A stretch of 64,000 bases of DNA. Origin: Eledone cirrhosa (Eukaryota). Below are positions 37,228-47,967 of the stretch, in pieces. The translations under genes were made by a program, and so were the position numbers. Each line of letters opens with the position of its first letter. Position 1 is the stretch's first letter. The stretch is from assembly GCA_964016885.1 (NCBI GenBank), contig OZ024750.1, forward strand, positions 41,354,001-41,418,000, written 5' to 3'. Under the pieces are notes generated by a model, which was not told the DNA's origin, did no database searches, and saw nothing but the letters and a program-made list of their open reading frames with translations.

Positions 37228-38970
37228 ATGGACGGAATTTTCACATCTCATCCTAACGTGAAAGCCACGCCCCCTAAGAAAGGTGATACAGAGAAGCTAG
37301 AAGCACAAGGCTCTAAGTCTTCCCTCCTGACTTCTGCAAAAGAAACATGGAACACGGAATTAAAAGAAAAATTTGAAAAAATGGGTGAAAACCCAGAAAG
37401 TCACATAAACGCAGACAAAAACAACAACGACAATAACAGCAATAGTCACAACACCAACCAAGGAAAAAATAACGATAACACCAAACAAAGCGAACCCACT
37501 ACTGGTACCTCCTTTGCACAGGCGGTCCGGAAAACACAAACCTGCAAGCAACTGGACATTACAACTCTGAGAGAAAAGATGAAGGAAGCGAAACAGTATG
37601 TAACTTTCAAAGAAGGAGGAGACTTCACAATCACCTCCCCACAAGAAATCAAAAGAGACACGACGCTAAGAACGATATCTTTCAGAACAATTTCCAACAT
37701 AACAAGGAAACCAACTCAATTATCCCAAAAAGAGATTGAGCTGGTCCTAAAAAATGTGTGGAGTGATATATCGTTCATACAAAAAGGGCCACTCTATGGG
37801 AATATAACGGTCCTAATGAAGGATCAATTGACGGCCAGGAAATACTCTGTGGCACCAATTGTTTCCAAGCTACATACATTTTTCCCCACATATTTAGGGA
37901 AAAGAACGCAGAAGATAAGGGTCTCCGGAATCCGGCCAAATGCATGCATTTCCTGGGTACTAACAGGGTTTTTAGAAGACGAGGACGGAATCCTCTCAGT
38001 AGGAGAAGTCACCACAGACGTTTTCGGCGGTTTGAGCGTGGAGGTTCTGGTCCAAATGAGACCAGAACGAATCGCTAGAATACCACAGAGGGTGTCCCTC
38101 GATGGAGAAACATTTATATATATTTCAGCCGAGGGTAGGAGGCCCATATGTTACTACTGTTCAAGCAGGGGTCATCTAAAGGCTGCTTGTCCTCAATTGA
38201 CAAAAAAAAAGGCTCTTTTGCCTACACCCCACACACCACCACCGCCACCACCACCACCACCACCACCTCCACCACCACCACCACAACAACAACAAAAACA
38301 ACAGGGAAAAATAACACAAGACACGGCCCCACCCAAAACAACTCCCAAAACACACACAAATACAACAAAACCCCAAAATACACCACTACCCGACAGCACG
38401 GACGAGGACCCAGCGGAAACGGCACCTAGTGACGAAGAGGGGGAACCCTTCCAACCTGTAAAAAGGAAAAAAAGAAAGCACCACTCGAACATAAACGAAA
38501 CAAACACACAACCACCAACAAAAACAAAACAAACAGAACAAACAAAATCCGCCCCACCCCAAAACATAACACATACAACAAAACGTAAGCACACACAAGA
38601 ACAACAAACAAACACAACACAAATAAAACAGTATACATACATTAACACAAATAACAAAGAACTAGTAAAAACAATACACAAAGACCCTTTGGTGGAAACT
38701 GAAGGACAATTCTTTGCAAGCGCGGCCAACAAACCGCATTTAAAAATGATAAGACTCCCAATGGACACCTATGCAAAACTAAGAGAGAACTTTCCTGAGG
38801 ACGTGGGGAAAACATGTACTCGACCCTATAACCGCGTCCTCTTGAAACGTTTCCCCACCCACACCTCACCAAACACCCCCACTCCACCACAGAACAACAC
38901 CCCACCAAACAACCCCTCCAATACGCCCATGGATATTGTGCAACCTGCTCCTCAGGAGCCGAACAGGTAG
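37228..38970 (+). CDS. Tx1 ORF1 nucleic-acid-binding protein (580 aa from first ATG), CCHC knuckle
   Basis: CYYCSSRGHLKAAC and a poly-Pro tract. The ORF-track start at 37135 is a TTG. Confidence 0.9.
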   Translation: MDGIFTSHPNVKATPPKKGDTEKLEAQGSKSSLLTSAKETWNTELKEKFEKMGENPESHINADKNNNDNNSNSHNTNQGKNNDNTKQSEPTTGTSFAQAVRKTQTCKQLDITTLREKMKEAKQYVTFKEGGDFTITSPQEIKRDTTLRTISFRTISNITRKPTQLSQKEIELVLKNVWSDISFIQKGPLYGNITVLMKDQLTARKYSVAPIVSKLHTFFPTYLGKRTQKIRVSGIRPNACISWVLTGFLEDEDGILSVGEVTTDVFGGLSVEVLVQMRPERIARIPQRVSLDGETFIYISAEGRRPICYYCSSRGHLKAACPQLTKKKALLPTPHTPPPPPPPPPPPPPPPPQQQQKQQGKITQDTAPPKTTPKTHTNTTKPQNTPLPDSTDEDPAETAPSDEEGEPFQPVKRKKRKHHSNINETNTQPPTKTKQTEQTKSAPPQNITHTTKRKHTQEQQTNTTQIKQYTYINTNNKELVKTIHKDPLVETEGQFFASAANKPHLKMIRLPMDTYAKLRENFPEDVGKTCTRPYNRVLLKRFPTHTSPNTPTPPQNNTPPNNPSNTPMDIVQPAPQEPNR

Positions 38971-38991
38971 GTCCTTCCTCTTTTAACCAAC

Positions 38992-41900
38992 ATGGCTGAT
39001 ATAAGAGTTGGGTGTCTGAATGTACGTGGCCTGGGACTGTCTTGGAAACAAGGCAAACTTTTAAACGATCTCAGGTCGCATAGAATGGATGTAATGGCTA
39101 TTTGCGAGTCCATGATCAGCAGCGAGCACCAACTGGCGCCCCTCTTCGACGACTTTGAGATCTTCGCATCTCTCTGTCAACCGGGGGGTGGGGGTGGAGT
39201 TGTCGTTCTGCTGCGAAAACACCTGGGCCTCGCCATACAGAAGGTGCACCTGGACCCGGAGGGTCGACTGGTGGTTTTAGACGTCGGCAGTAGTGAAAGT
39301 GGAGCCCTTAGACTAATAGCTGTGTACGCCCCTTTTTGGGCAGCGCGGCCGGAATACTTCCAACGTCTGGAAACTTTTCTGGGAACGTCCCGCTCCTTGC
39401 TTTTAGTGGGGGACTGGAATGGTATCCTGGATGCACGTTGGGACTATGTAGGGGCATGTGCCAATAGAGGGGGGTGTAAAAGCCTCAAAAGGTTAATCGG
39501 CCGATTTGACCTGGCCGATAGATATCGACTAGATTTTCCGACTGTACCACTATGGACGTGGACCAATCGCAGTGGAACATCTAGGTCGTACCTAGATAGG
39601 GTCCTAGTTAGAGAGAACGATAGGGACACATTTAGCTGTCCAAAAATGTTCATGGTTGACTATTCGGATCACAAGTTAGTGACCTGCATAGCCAACCTTG
39701 ATAGAACCCATAGACAGGGACCCGGTTACTGGAAGCTGAACTTGTCCTTACCGAGAAGCAAAGCTTACAGTAAACGGATTAGCACGTTAGTTAAGCAGAG
39801 TTTGACAGGGGCAATTGTCAACAACAGGTGGTGGAGCTCTCTTAAGAGAGCAATTAGAATAGAATCGATAGGTTTTAGTCAAGAATTAGCAAGGGATAGG
39901 AACAAGACGGAAAGGGAATTAGTAGATAGAGTAGAAGAGGCGATTAGGAGTGGCAATGTAGCCGGCGTGCTGGCATCAAGAATGGCCTTAGACCAGTTCT
40001 TTGAGGTGAAGCATGAAGGCTGCGTTGTCAGGAGTAAAATACGTGCTCTGGGTAATGAGGGAGCCAAAGCTGTGAGCTGGGCCCGAGTGACAGAGGCAAA
40101 AAGTGGGAACAAGTCCACGATTCGGTCTTTGAAGGACCAGGATGGGCGTGTGATCCTTGAACCTGGGCAGATGTGTGCGGCCTTTCAGCGGCACTTTGCA
40201 CGACTGTTCGAGAGGGGCGGCGCGCCGGGTGAGACTATGGATTTCAATCCATACCTCGACGGTCTGCCGCGCCTCTCGGACGCGGAGGCGAAGTCCTGCG
40301 AAAGGACGATTTCAGCTGCTGAGATAGGGGCGGCGCTGAGCCAATGCGGCAAACGCAAATCCCCGGGTCTCGATGGTCTACCATACGAGCTATATGTAGC
40401 GATGCCGGACTTGTTCTCCGATATCCTCGAAGCGGTCTACTGCAACTGGCAGCAGAACGGGAGAATTCCCAGTTCTGTGACCAAGGGCGTAGTTACGCTG
40501 GTGAGGAAGGATGAGAACAAGGGGGATGACATAAGTAACTTCAGGCCCATAACTCTGCTAAATACAGAGTTAAAGATTTTGGCCAAGGTGTTAGCGAAGA
40601 GGTTGGCGCTTGTCGTTGGAAACCTGGTGGGAGAAGCGCAGACATGCGCAATCCCGTCCAGGTCCATTCACGACAATCTCCACCTTATGCGATACATCAT
40701 AGAGAGGGTAGGGAATGAACCCGGCTTTGGTGGGGCCCTGATCAACTTGGATCAATCTAAAGCTTTCGATAGGGTTGACCATCGTTACCTGGATGCGGTG
40801 CTCGCGGCGGCAGGCTTCGGACCCGTTTTCAGGGGTTGGATTGCTGCGATGCACAGCAGCAACGTCTGCTCAAGGGTCAAGGTGAACGGCCACCTCTCGG
40901 AGCCGTTCCAAATCATGCGATCCATCCGACAGGGATGCCCTCTCTCCTCCCTACTGTATGTGCTGGCTCTTGAGCCACTACTGCGGAAGTTGGAGCGGTT
41001 GCAGGGCATCCCTTTGGAACCAGGATTGCAGAAAGCGGCGTCGGCCTACGCCGATGACGTGACAGTAATGGTGTCGAAAACCTCGCAAATCGGTGAGATC
41101 GGCACCTTACTGGAGGAATATGAAAGGTTTACAGGAGCCAAGCTGAACCGGGACAAGTCCGTCGGTTTGCAACTCGGAACATGGAGAGGCAAACCGATGC
41201 CCTCCAACGACGTCGTCGGACGCTGGACGGAGGGCCCGGTGAAGCTGCTTGGGGTCTGGTTCGGACCAGACCTCCAGGTGGAGAAAAACTGGAACGAGGT
41301 AACGGCCAGGGTGTTTGCACTCACCCAGAAGTGGGCCCAGTGCAAACTATCCCTGAAAGGTCGAGCGGAGGTGGCGAATACTTATATAGCATCCGTCATC
41401 TACTACCGCTTGACCGTCGTGCCTTGCCCAGTGAAAAGACTCGCCAAAATGGAGTGCGCGCTGTTCCAATTTCTTTGGAACAAGCGGACCCCTTTGGTGA
41501 GGAGATCCATCTGCTGTCAACACCCTTCGAAAGGAGGGCTGGGGATGCCGTGGCTACAGATGCGTAAACACGCATTAAGGCTACGGCACCTCCAGGTATT
41601 CCTCACCGGTCAACCGGTGTGGGCCCCGTTTGTGAGGCGAGCCTTTCCCAGACTCGTCTCGCTCACCGAGCTGCAATCCTGGGTCAAGCAAAGACCGAGA
41701 AAAGTGGGCGACTGGCACATTGAATGTGCCCAGGCGCTCACGGCCCTCTGGAAAGCGGACCCGGCAATCAGTGGAGACTCTACCTCGACATTCTATAGAG
41801 GGTTGGTACGTAGCAGGTACGACGATGCTCTCGGAAAAGCTCTAGGCATGGAGGAAGATGAACTGGCCAGTCTGTTCGGTAGGACGTTTGGCCCTGGACC

Positions 41901-42429
41901 GATGGACAACTTCCAAAAGTCCCTGGCTTGGCAGTGCTACCGAGGGGCTCTACCCGTTCGAGACAAGCTCCACAGGCATGGGAGCCTGGGTAGAGATCCT
42001 TTGAATAAGATCTGTCCGAGATGCGTGCATGATGACGAAACCGTTGCGCACGCATTCGTACACTGCCCAGGCATTGCTGACCTGTGGGGCTATGTGGAAC
42101 GACTACTGTCGAGGGTGGGACCAATCCGGTTGACCACCGAGTCCATTGTCACGATCAAACCGCCTCCCCCTTTCAAAAACGAAGGAGAGGCGGTTTTTCT
42201 CTGTGTGGTAGCCATGGCTAAAGAAGTTGTATGGTGGACGAGGCTGAAAGGGCTGAGGTCAGACACCTTTCTCTCCGGCCAACAACTGGTCCCCTTTTTC
42301 AAATACCATTTTAAAAGAAGGATCAGAATGGAGAGAGAGGTGCTCTACCCCAGCAAGTTTTATGAAAGGTGGGTGAAAGTAGGGAGAATGGCCAGAGTGA
42401 ATGGGTCTTCTCTCTATATCAGCCTGTAG
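38992..42429 (+). CDS. Tx1 ORF2: apurinic-like endonuclease, reverse transcriptase and C-terminal Cys/His motif (1145 aa)
   Basis: APE motifs LNVRGL, GDWN, YLDR, SDHK; GPGYWKLN linker of L1/Tx1; KSPGLDG, FRPITLLN, DQSKAFDRV, RQGCPLS, YADD; CPRC...ETVAHAFVHC. Confidence 0.95.
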   Translation: MADIRVGCLNVRGLGLSWKQGKLLNDLRSHRMDVMAICESMISSEHQLAPLFDDFEIFASLCQPGGGGGVVVLLRKHLGLAIQKVHLDPEGRLVVLDVGSSESGALRLIAVYAPFWAARPEYFQRLETFLGTSRSLLLVGDWNGILDARWDYVGACANRGGCKSLKRLIGRFDLADRYRLDFPTVPLWTWTNRSGTSRSYLDRVLVRENDRDTFSCPKMFMVDYSDHKLVTCIANLDRTHRQGPGYWKLNLSLPRSKAYSKRISTLVKQSLTGAIVNNRWWSSLKRAIRIESIGFSQELARDRNKTERELVDRVEEAIRSGNVAGVLASRMALDQFFEVKHEGCVVRSKIRALGNEGAKAVSWARVTEAKSGNKSTIRSLKDQDGRVILEPGQMCAAFQRHFARLFERGGAPGETMDFNPYLDGLPRLSDAEAKSCERTISAAEIGAALSQCGKRKSPGLDGLPYELYVAMPDLFSDILEAVYCNWQQNGRIPSSVTKGVVTLVRKDENKGDDISNFRPITLLNTELKILAKVLAKRLALVVGNLVGEAQTCAIPSRSIHDNLHLMRYIIERVGNEPGFGGALINLDQSKAFDRVDHRYLDAVLAAAGFGPVFRGWIAAMHSSNVCSRVKVNGHLSEPFQIMRSIRQGCPLSSLLYVLALEPLLRKLERLQGIPLEPGLQKAASAYADDVTVMVSKTSQIGEIGTLLEEYERFTGAKLNRDKSVGLQLGTWRGKPMPSNDVVGRWTEGPVKLLGVWFGPDLQVEKNWNEVTARVFALTQKWAQCKLSLKGRAEVANTYIASVIYYRLTVVPCPVKRLAKMECALFQFLWNKRTPLVRRSICCQHPSKGGLGMPWLQMRKHALRLRHLQVFLTGQPVWAPFVRRAFPRLVSLTELQSWVKQRPRKVGDWHIECAQALTALWKADPAISGDSTSTFYRGLVRSRYDDALGKALGMEEDELASLFGRTFGPGPMDNFQKSLAWQCYRGALPVRDKLHRHGSLGRDPLNKICPRCVHDDETVAHAFVHCPGIADLWGYVERLLSRVGPIRLTTESIVTIKPPPPFKNEGEAVFLCVVAMAKEVVWWTRLKGLRSDTFLSGQQLVPFFKYHFKRRIRMEREVLYPSKFYERWVKVGRMARVNGSSLYISL

Positions 42430-42665
42430 GTGAAAGAAGAGGAAAAAGAGGAGACGAGGGAAGCACCTACTCTTTGTGCTCCTGAGGAGAAGGGTTACAC
42501 ATTTTTTCCGGGGTGTGTGCGACCCATGTTAATGCCCCCTCCCTATTGAGGACTTCGTTTGTTGTTGTTATTTCATTGTTATATTTTTGTACTCGTTAAT
42601 TATATGTAAACTTCCCCCCTTGTATCTGTCCCTACCTTTTGTGCCCTAGTGGCAAATAAAGAAAC

Positions 42666-43005
42666 CACTCTATATATACTATTGTATTTTCACAGTAAAG
42701 ACTTTACCTCACATAACATCTCACATAACATTTACATTTACTTTATATATACTATTGTATTTTCACAGTAAAGGCTTTACCTCACATAATATCTCACATA
42801 ACATTTACATTACTCTATATATACTATTGTATTTTCACAGTAAAGACTTTACCTCACATAACATCTCACATAACATTTACATTTACTTTATATATACTAT
42901 TGTATTTTCACAGTAAAGGCTTTACCTCACATAATATCTCACATAACATTTACATTACTCTATATATACTATTGTATTTTCATGGTAAAGACTTTACCTC
43001 ACATA
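42666..43005 (+). repeat. MITE-derived 72/73-bp units downstream of copy 3
   Basis: Same unit as 24960-25525. Confidence 0.9.
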
Positions 43006-43746
43006 ATATCAAATCTATGAAAATTTGATATTATTTATTTTGAGAACAATACCTTAACATCAGTATGAGCGGCCGGTTTGAACAGAAAGAGGTGGAAAAA
43101 TTCTGGTTGGATATGGCCAGTTTAAATACATCCCCGCTTTCCTCACATCAGTTGTTATATGGTATAAAGTACAAATTACTTAATATAAAACTGGTTAGAA
43201 GGTTTTTACCCAGTTAAGTACTTAACCAAATATATATATATATGTATGTATAAGTAGGATAACTGAATATGTTTATTGACCTAACTACTTGTCATTCATA
43301 TGCAGCAGAGTCCATATTGTAACAAATATTTTACTAATGTTGATAGGGTTTTTCTTTTCTTTTCATTTTTTTGTAATTTTGTTGTATTTTTTATCGTTTT
43401 TGAATGTTATCTAGAAAAAGATCTAAAAGGAATTAATGAAATATTTTCCATCTTCAGATTCTAATATTGTTTAGAGGTGCTTCATCAAAGAAGTGAAGAC
43501 ATGTTTTGTAAGATACCAGTCAAATATAGTCTTCTGTCATCTTTAAACGACAGTTTCTTCAAATTTTTTTCTTTCCCTTTTCTTTCAAATTTATATTTTG
43601 GATATAACAAAATTATAAAAATAAACTTTTTTCTTGTTTAAATCTGGATTTTTTGGTACATGTAGAAAGTCATTGCGTAATTTTTATAGTTATATTTTAT
43701 TTATTTTGTTTAAAATTTGCTTTTTTTATTTTTACTTTCACTTCAT

Positions 43747-44016
43747 CTAACCCATGCTAGTGGTCTAACCCATGCTAGTGGTCTAACCCATGCAAGTGGT
43801 CTAACCCATGCAAGTGGTCTAACTCAAGCTAGTGGTCTAACCCATGCAAGTGGTCTAGCCCAAGCTAGTGGTCTAACCCAAGCTAGTGGTCTAACCCATG
43901 CTAGTGGTCTAATCCAAGCTAGTGGTCTAACCCAAGCTAGTGGTCTAACCCATGCAAGTGGTCTAACCCAAGCTAGTGTAGAAAATGGACATAAAATGGT
44001 GATGATGATGATGATG
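43747..44016 (+). repeat. 18-bp tandem repeat (~13 copies) derived from the RTE/SINE 3'-terminal motif, ending in a normal tail
   Basis: Unit CTAACCCA(T/A)GC(T/A)AGTGGT; the last unit continues GTGTAGAAAATGGACATAAAATGG(TGA)n. Confidence 0.85.
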
Positions 44017-44065
44017 ACTTCCAGAGTCCACGCAAGTTTAACAAAGGAAAACAAAAATGATATAA

Positions 44066-44222
44066 ATATGGTTGGTGTTAGGAAGAGCATCCAGCCGTAG
44101 AAAACCAGCCAGAAGTAGTTCTATACGAGTGAGACATGGTCACCCAACCAATCTTGCCTCGAGTGGGACAAACCCATCTAACCCATGCTAAGATGGACGT
44201 TAAATGATGATGATGATGATGA
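44066..44222 (+). mobile_element. Older RTE/SINE 3'-tail fragment
   Basis: GGTTGGTGTTAGGAAGAGCATCCAGCCGTAGAAAA...CTAACCCATGCTAAGATGGACGTTAAA(TGA)n. Confidence 0.7.
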
Positions 44223-45177
44223 GCTGAGCAACAATTAATTCTGCACCAAACAGCCTGAATTAAAGACATAACAACCTCATCTCATTCAACGATATTAACA
44301 TTCTCGTATGTGGTAAGGTAACTCACCTACAATTGATCGAATCACGCAATAACACCCCAGGCCTCATTCACTTACCAAGTGGAGTGGAACTCATCAGATT
44401 AGACCAAGGAAACAATGTTTCCATTGGTCTTTCCATTGCTGATACTACCTACCAGTCACAACTCCTGGCAGAAAGAGCAGTGTGAAATAAAATGTCTTGC
44501 TCAAGGACATAATGCATCACCTGGCCTGGGAATCGAACTTGCAACCTCATGATTGTGAATCCAACTCTCTGACCACTAAGCCACTCATCTTCACTACTTT
44601 ACTTTGACTCATGAACAAACACAACTAAAGAATTTACACCCTTTACAAATAACTCACACCCTCTCATAGCCTTTTATGATGACCCCTTCCATATAACAAA
44701 GACTTAACAGCTTTTCTTAATCAGGCCCAGAAAACATTTCGGTTCTGAATGGTTGTTGACTTTCTACAACACACAAAGCTTTTATTATATGAGAATACTT
44801 CCTGCTCATATATCAAGGACAATATCGTCACCATCACACACACACACATCATATATATATATATATTGGTACAGTTAACCATATTTAAAAAAAAGGAAAA
44901 GAATGACTTCACTTGTAGTTCTAAACAATTTAATTTAATGTTAGAATGTGATTTTACAATTTGGTTTTGTAGATCTACAATATATATATATATTTATCCT
45001 TATCGAGTCCTCTTTGGATTTTAGTCTTCAAATTGATTATTATTACTATATATATATATATATATATGTAGATAAATCTACCAAGAGTTTACGGTAGTGT
45101 CCAATCCGTATGAAGAACTCAATGTAATCCGGATATCATGGAAAGAAGAGATGCAATGAAAAATCACTTTTAATATT

Positions 45178-45221
<44 letters not shown>

Positions 45222-45294
45222 GTTCTGATCTAGCTGTCAAAATGGCTGAAGCTCAGCACTCGAGGTCCTGACTCTTTTCCTATATATATATATG

Positions 45295-45641
45295 TGGAGG
45301 CACATGGCTTAGTGGTTAGAGCATTGGCCTTGCAATCGAAAGGTTGTGAGTTCAATTCTAAGACCGGGTGATGTGTTGTTTCCTTGAGCAAGACACTTTA
45401 TTTCACATTGCTCCAGTTTACTCAGCTGTAGAAATGAGATGATAGGGACTGGGGTCCCTATCATTCCACTGCAAAGTGGCCATGGAGGTGCCACGGCAAA
45501 AAAGCACCCAGCACTCACTGTAAATGAGGTTGGTGTTAGGAAGGGCATCCAGCTGTAGAAATCAAGCCAGAATCAGTTCCCGTCCCACCCTTGCAAGCAG
45601 GGAAAAGTGGACGTAAAATGAAATGATGATGATGATGATGA
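45295..45641 (+). mobile_element. SINE family A, full length, short RTE tail
   Basis: A and B boxes; tail CCCGTCCCACCCTTGCAAGCAGGGAAAAGTGGACGTAAAA matches 385-423; inserted in a TA tract. Confidence 0.9.
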
Positions 45642-45660
45642 TATATATATATATATATTT

Positions 45661-45694
<34 letters not shown>

Positions 45695-45817
45695 GGAGGT
45701 GAGTTTTATTGTAGTACAATAAAGCAATGCAGATATCGGATAAGTAGCACTCTACAGTTTGTAGGACTGGAGTATAAATAATATATAAGATCAAAAGATG
45801 GTTAAAAGAGTTCGATG

Positions 45818-45888
45818 TATTTTATTATGCGCATTTCAAAAACAAATATCATCATGCGATGACATTTGCGTTTTCGTCAGATAAAATA
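45818..45888 (-). ncRNA. Type I hammerhead ribozyme (CUGACGA core), left arm
   Basis: Reverse complement of 46032-46102 with N7=C. Confidence 0.75.
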
Positions 45889-46031
45889 GGGAGACATGAT
45901 ATGAAGGTTAAAAAAACACTTGTGAATAGTGCAGTTTTAAATCACACATCAATCTAAAACTACTTTTCATATATGTTGATTTAAAACTGCATTATTCACA
46001 AGTGTTTTTTAACCTTCATATCATGTCTCCC

Positions 46032-46102
46032 TATTTTATCTGATGAAAACGCAAATGTCATCGCATGATGATATTTGTTTTTGAAATGCGCATAATAAAA
46101 TA
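46032..46102 (+). ncRNA. Type I hammerhead ribozyme with palindromic stem III
   Basis: TATTTTAT-CTGATGA-AAACGCAAATGTCATC(GCAT)GATGATATTTGTTTTT-GAAA-TGCGCA-TA-ATAAAATA. 8-bp stem I, long stem II, ATGCGCAT palindrome. Confidence 0.8.
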
Positions 46103-46132
46103 CATGGAACTCTTTTAACCATCTTTTGATCT

Positions 46133-46180
<48 letters not shown>

Positions 46181-46224
46181 AAGTTAAATAAAAGTCAAAT
46201 GATTAAAATTTAGCTTCGTTTATT

Positions 46225-46279
46225 ACTGCTATATATATTTCAGTGACAGCCATCTTTGGCTGTGACCTCATCAGGTAGT
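46225..46279 (-). ncRNA. Minimal hammerhead ribozyme motif (Penelope pLTR remnant)
   Basis: Minus strand ACTAC-CTGATGA-GGTCACAGCCA(AAGA)TGGCTGTCACT-GAAA-TATATA-TA-GCAGT, then AATAAA and (TA)n. Confidence 0.6.
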
Positions 46280-46379
46280 TTGAATTAGTATCGTATAGAC
46301 AAGTTCATATGTTGTTTAGGTGTATAATATTGTCCATACTCTGATATGCCCAGTTCCTTGTTTGGTTGTTAATTCACTG

Positions 46380-46498
46380 AGGAACTGGAGTCTGTTGGAG
46401 ATGCAGGATATGGCAGCGATAATGAGGGACAGAGACCGCTGGAGAGAACTCGTCCATGGATCTCGGGAATTTTACCCGCCTTAGATAGATAGATAGAT
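46380..46498 (+). mobile_element. LINE (RTE-like) extreme 3' fragment with (TAGA)n tail
   Basis: DMAAIMRDRDRWRELVHGSREFYPP-stop, then TAGA repeats. Confidence 0.5.
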
Positions 46499-46617
46499 AT
46501 ATATATATAAGGGATAACAAAATATTGTTATATGTAATCTAGTTAGAGGTGAATACTTCGCATTATGGATATATATTATATATATATATATCCATTCATA
46601 AACACACCAACACACAC

Positions 46618-46669
<52 letters not shown>

Positions 46670-47164
46670 GTGCACATACATACATATATATATACATAAC
46701 ATATACATATATATAGATATATATACACATACATACACACACACATATATACACACATGCATACGAACTCACATATAAAAGGATGCATATGCACACACAC
46801 AAATAAGAATAAATAATCATAGTAGGCCGTCACATACAAATAAGCAAATAAAAAATAAGGATTAAGAAAATAAAAAAAATAAAAATATTATAAAGTTGAC
46901 AGCAATACAAGACGGCAAAATTAAAAATAAAAATAATAAAAATAATAATAATAATAAATGACCAAACGCACGTGGTAAGCAAATGCACCAAAAAAACTAA
47001 ATATATATATATATGTGTACATACACACACACACATATATATATACATATACACACACACATACATATAAATATATAAGCACACCCCATACATATAAACA
47101 CAGCACAGACACAAATACATATACACACACACATAAATTCATACAACCACATACACACATATAG

Positions 47165-47422
47165 TTGACACAACACACACAAAACAAGATGGCGTAGGAC
47201 AGAACAAAGGAGAGGCACAAAAACAAAGAAAAGAATCCCGAGTCACTGAAGAGGTCACAGAATGTGTGACGAAAGAACTTTGACAATATATGAACAATCA
47301 TCTGGTTGTGGAACCAACCAACCAACCGAAAATTTATAAATTTAATTTATAATAAATTGAAGTGAAAGCAACTGGTGTGTGTGTTTCTTATTGGCAACAT
47401 GACCCTCCCAAAGCATAACAAT
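47165..47422 (+). mobile_element. Diverged Penelope pLTR of the same family as 1003-2728, including hammerhead 47242-47284
   Basis: ATGGCGTAGGA...AGTCACTGAAGAGGTCACAG.ATGTGTGACGAAAG...GGCAACATGACCCTCCCAAAG.ATAACAAT. Ends in (TA)n at the same point as the short arm at 1003. Confidence 0.85.
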
Positions 47423-47588
47423 ATATATATATATATATATATATATTAAAGAGTTAAACAAGATTCAATGAGTACATCAAATAATGAGTTTTACAGTAGA
47501 TTGGAAGCACTCTACAGAAAATATTTTCCAGAGTTATTAATATTAAAATACAAATATTAATAAAATAGATGTTCTTTTGATCAATTAA

Positions 47589-47641
47589 ATTTTATTATAC
47601 ATATTTCAGAGGTACAACAGTACGTCCTCATCAGACAAAAT
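47589..47641 (-). ncRNA. Minimal hammerhead ribozyme motif
   Basis: Minus strand ATTTTGT-CTGATGA-GGACGTAC(TGTT)GTACCTCT-GAAA-TATGTA-TA-ATAAAAT. Confidence 0.6.
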
Positions 47642-47967
47642 ATAATGATATATGACATACCCTGAGATGTTAAATGGTTAAGATTTAATCAAGGTAGTGA
47701 TTAACCTATGAGAAAACTCAACATGCACTCCCCACCCCTAACCAAGTATCCACCTTAAGATGTTGTAAGTTGAACATCAGCCAGGTTCACTCTACTAATG
47801 CTATTACATACAAGGGTTATTTATAAGCAGTGTCTTTCTTCACTGAAACAACTGTAGTATTTTCCTGTAGACATACGTAGGTTAGTATTGGTTATTCCAA
47901 AGAATATGTTCTGATTGTGATTAGTAGTTTTTATCATATGGAATACATTACTTAATTGTTAATTAAT

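Larger units (their letters stand above)
37017..42665 (+). mobile_element. Tx1 copy 3 (full length, both ORFs intact, potentially active)
   Basis: Complete 5'UTR, ORF1, 21-bp spacer, 1145-aa ORF2 and ~235-bp 3'UTR ending AATAAAGAAAC. Confidence 0.96.
24949..43127 (+). mobile_element. Composite element: piggyBac-type MITE expanded to ~18.2 kb by 60/72-bp repeats and three Tx1 retrotransposons
   Basis: Left end TTAA-CACTTTAGCATT (24945-24960); repeat units 24960-25525; three LINEs separated by repeat units; units 42666-43005; MITE right interior to CAGTTTAAAT (43127; outer TIR missing). Confidence 0.85.
45692..46142. mobile_element. Penelope-type fold-back: ~365-bp hairpin (45778-46142) with ~86-bp extension, in (TA)n, hammerhead in each arm
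   Basis: Arms ATAATATATAAGATCAAAAG...GCAGTTTTAAATCA / TGATTTAAAACTGC...CTTTTGATCTTATATATTAT. Confidence 0.85.

Noticed and set aside
25526-42665. LTR retrotransposon or endogenous virus with the minisatellite as LTRs
   Set aside because: No protease, RNase H or integrase. APE plus non-LTR RT is present, and the flanking repeat also exists without the element.
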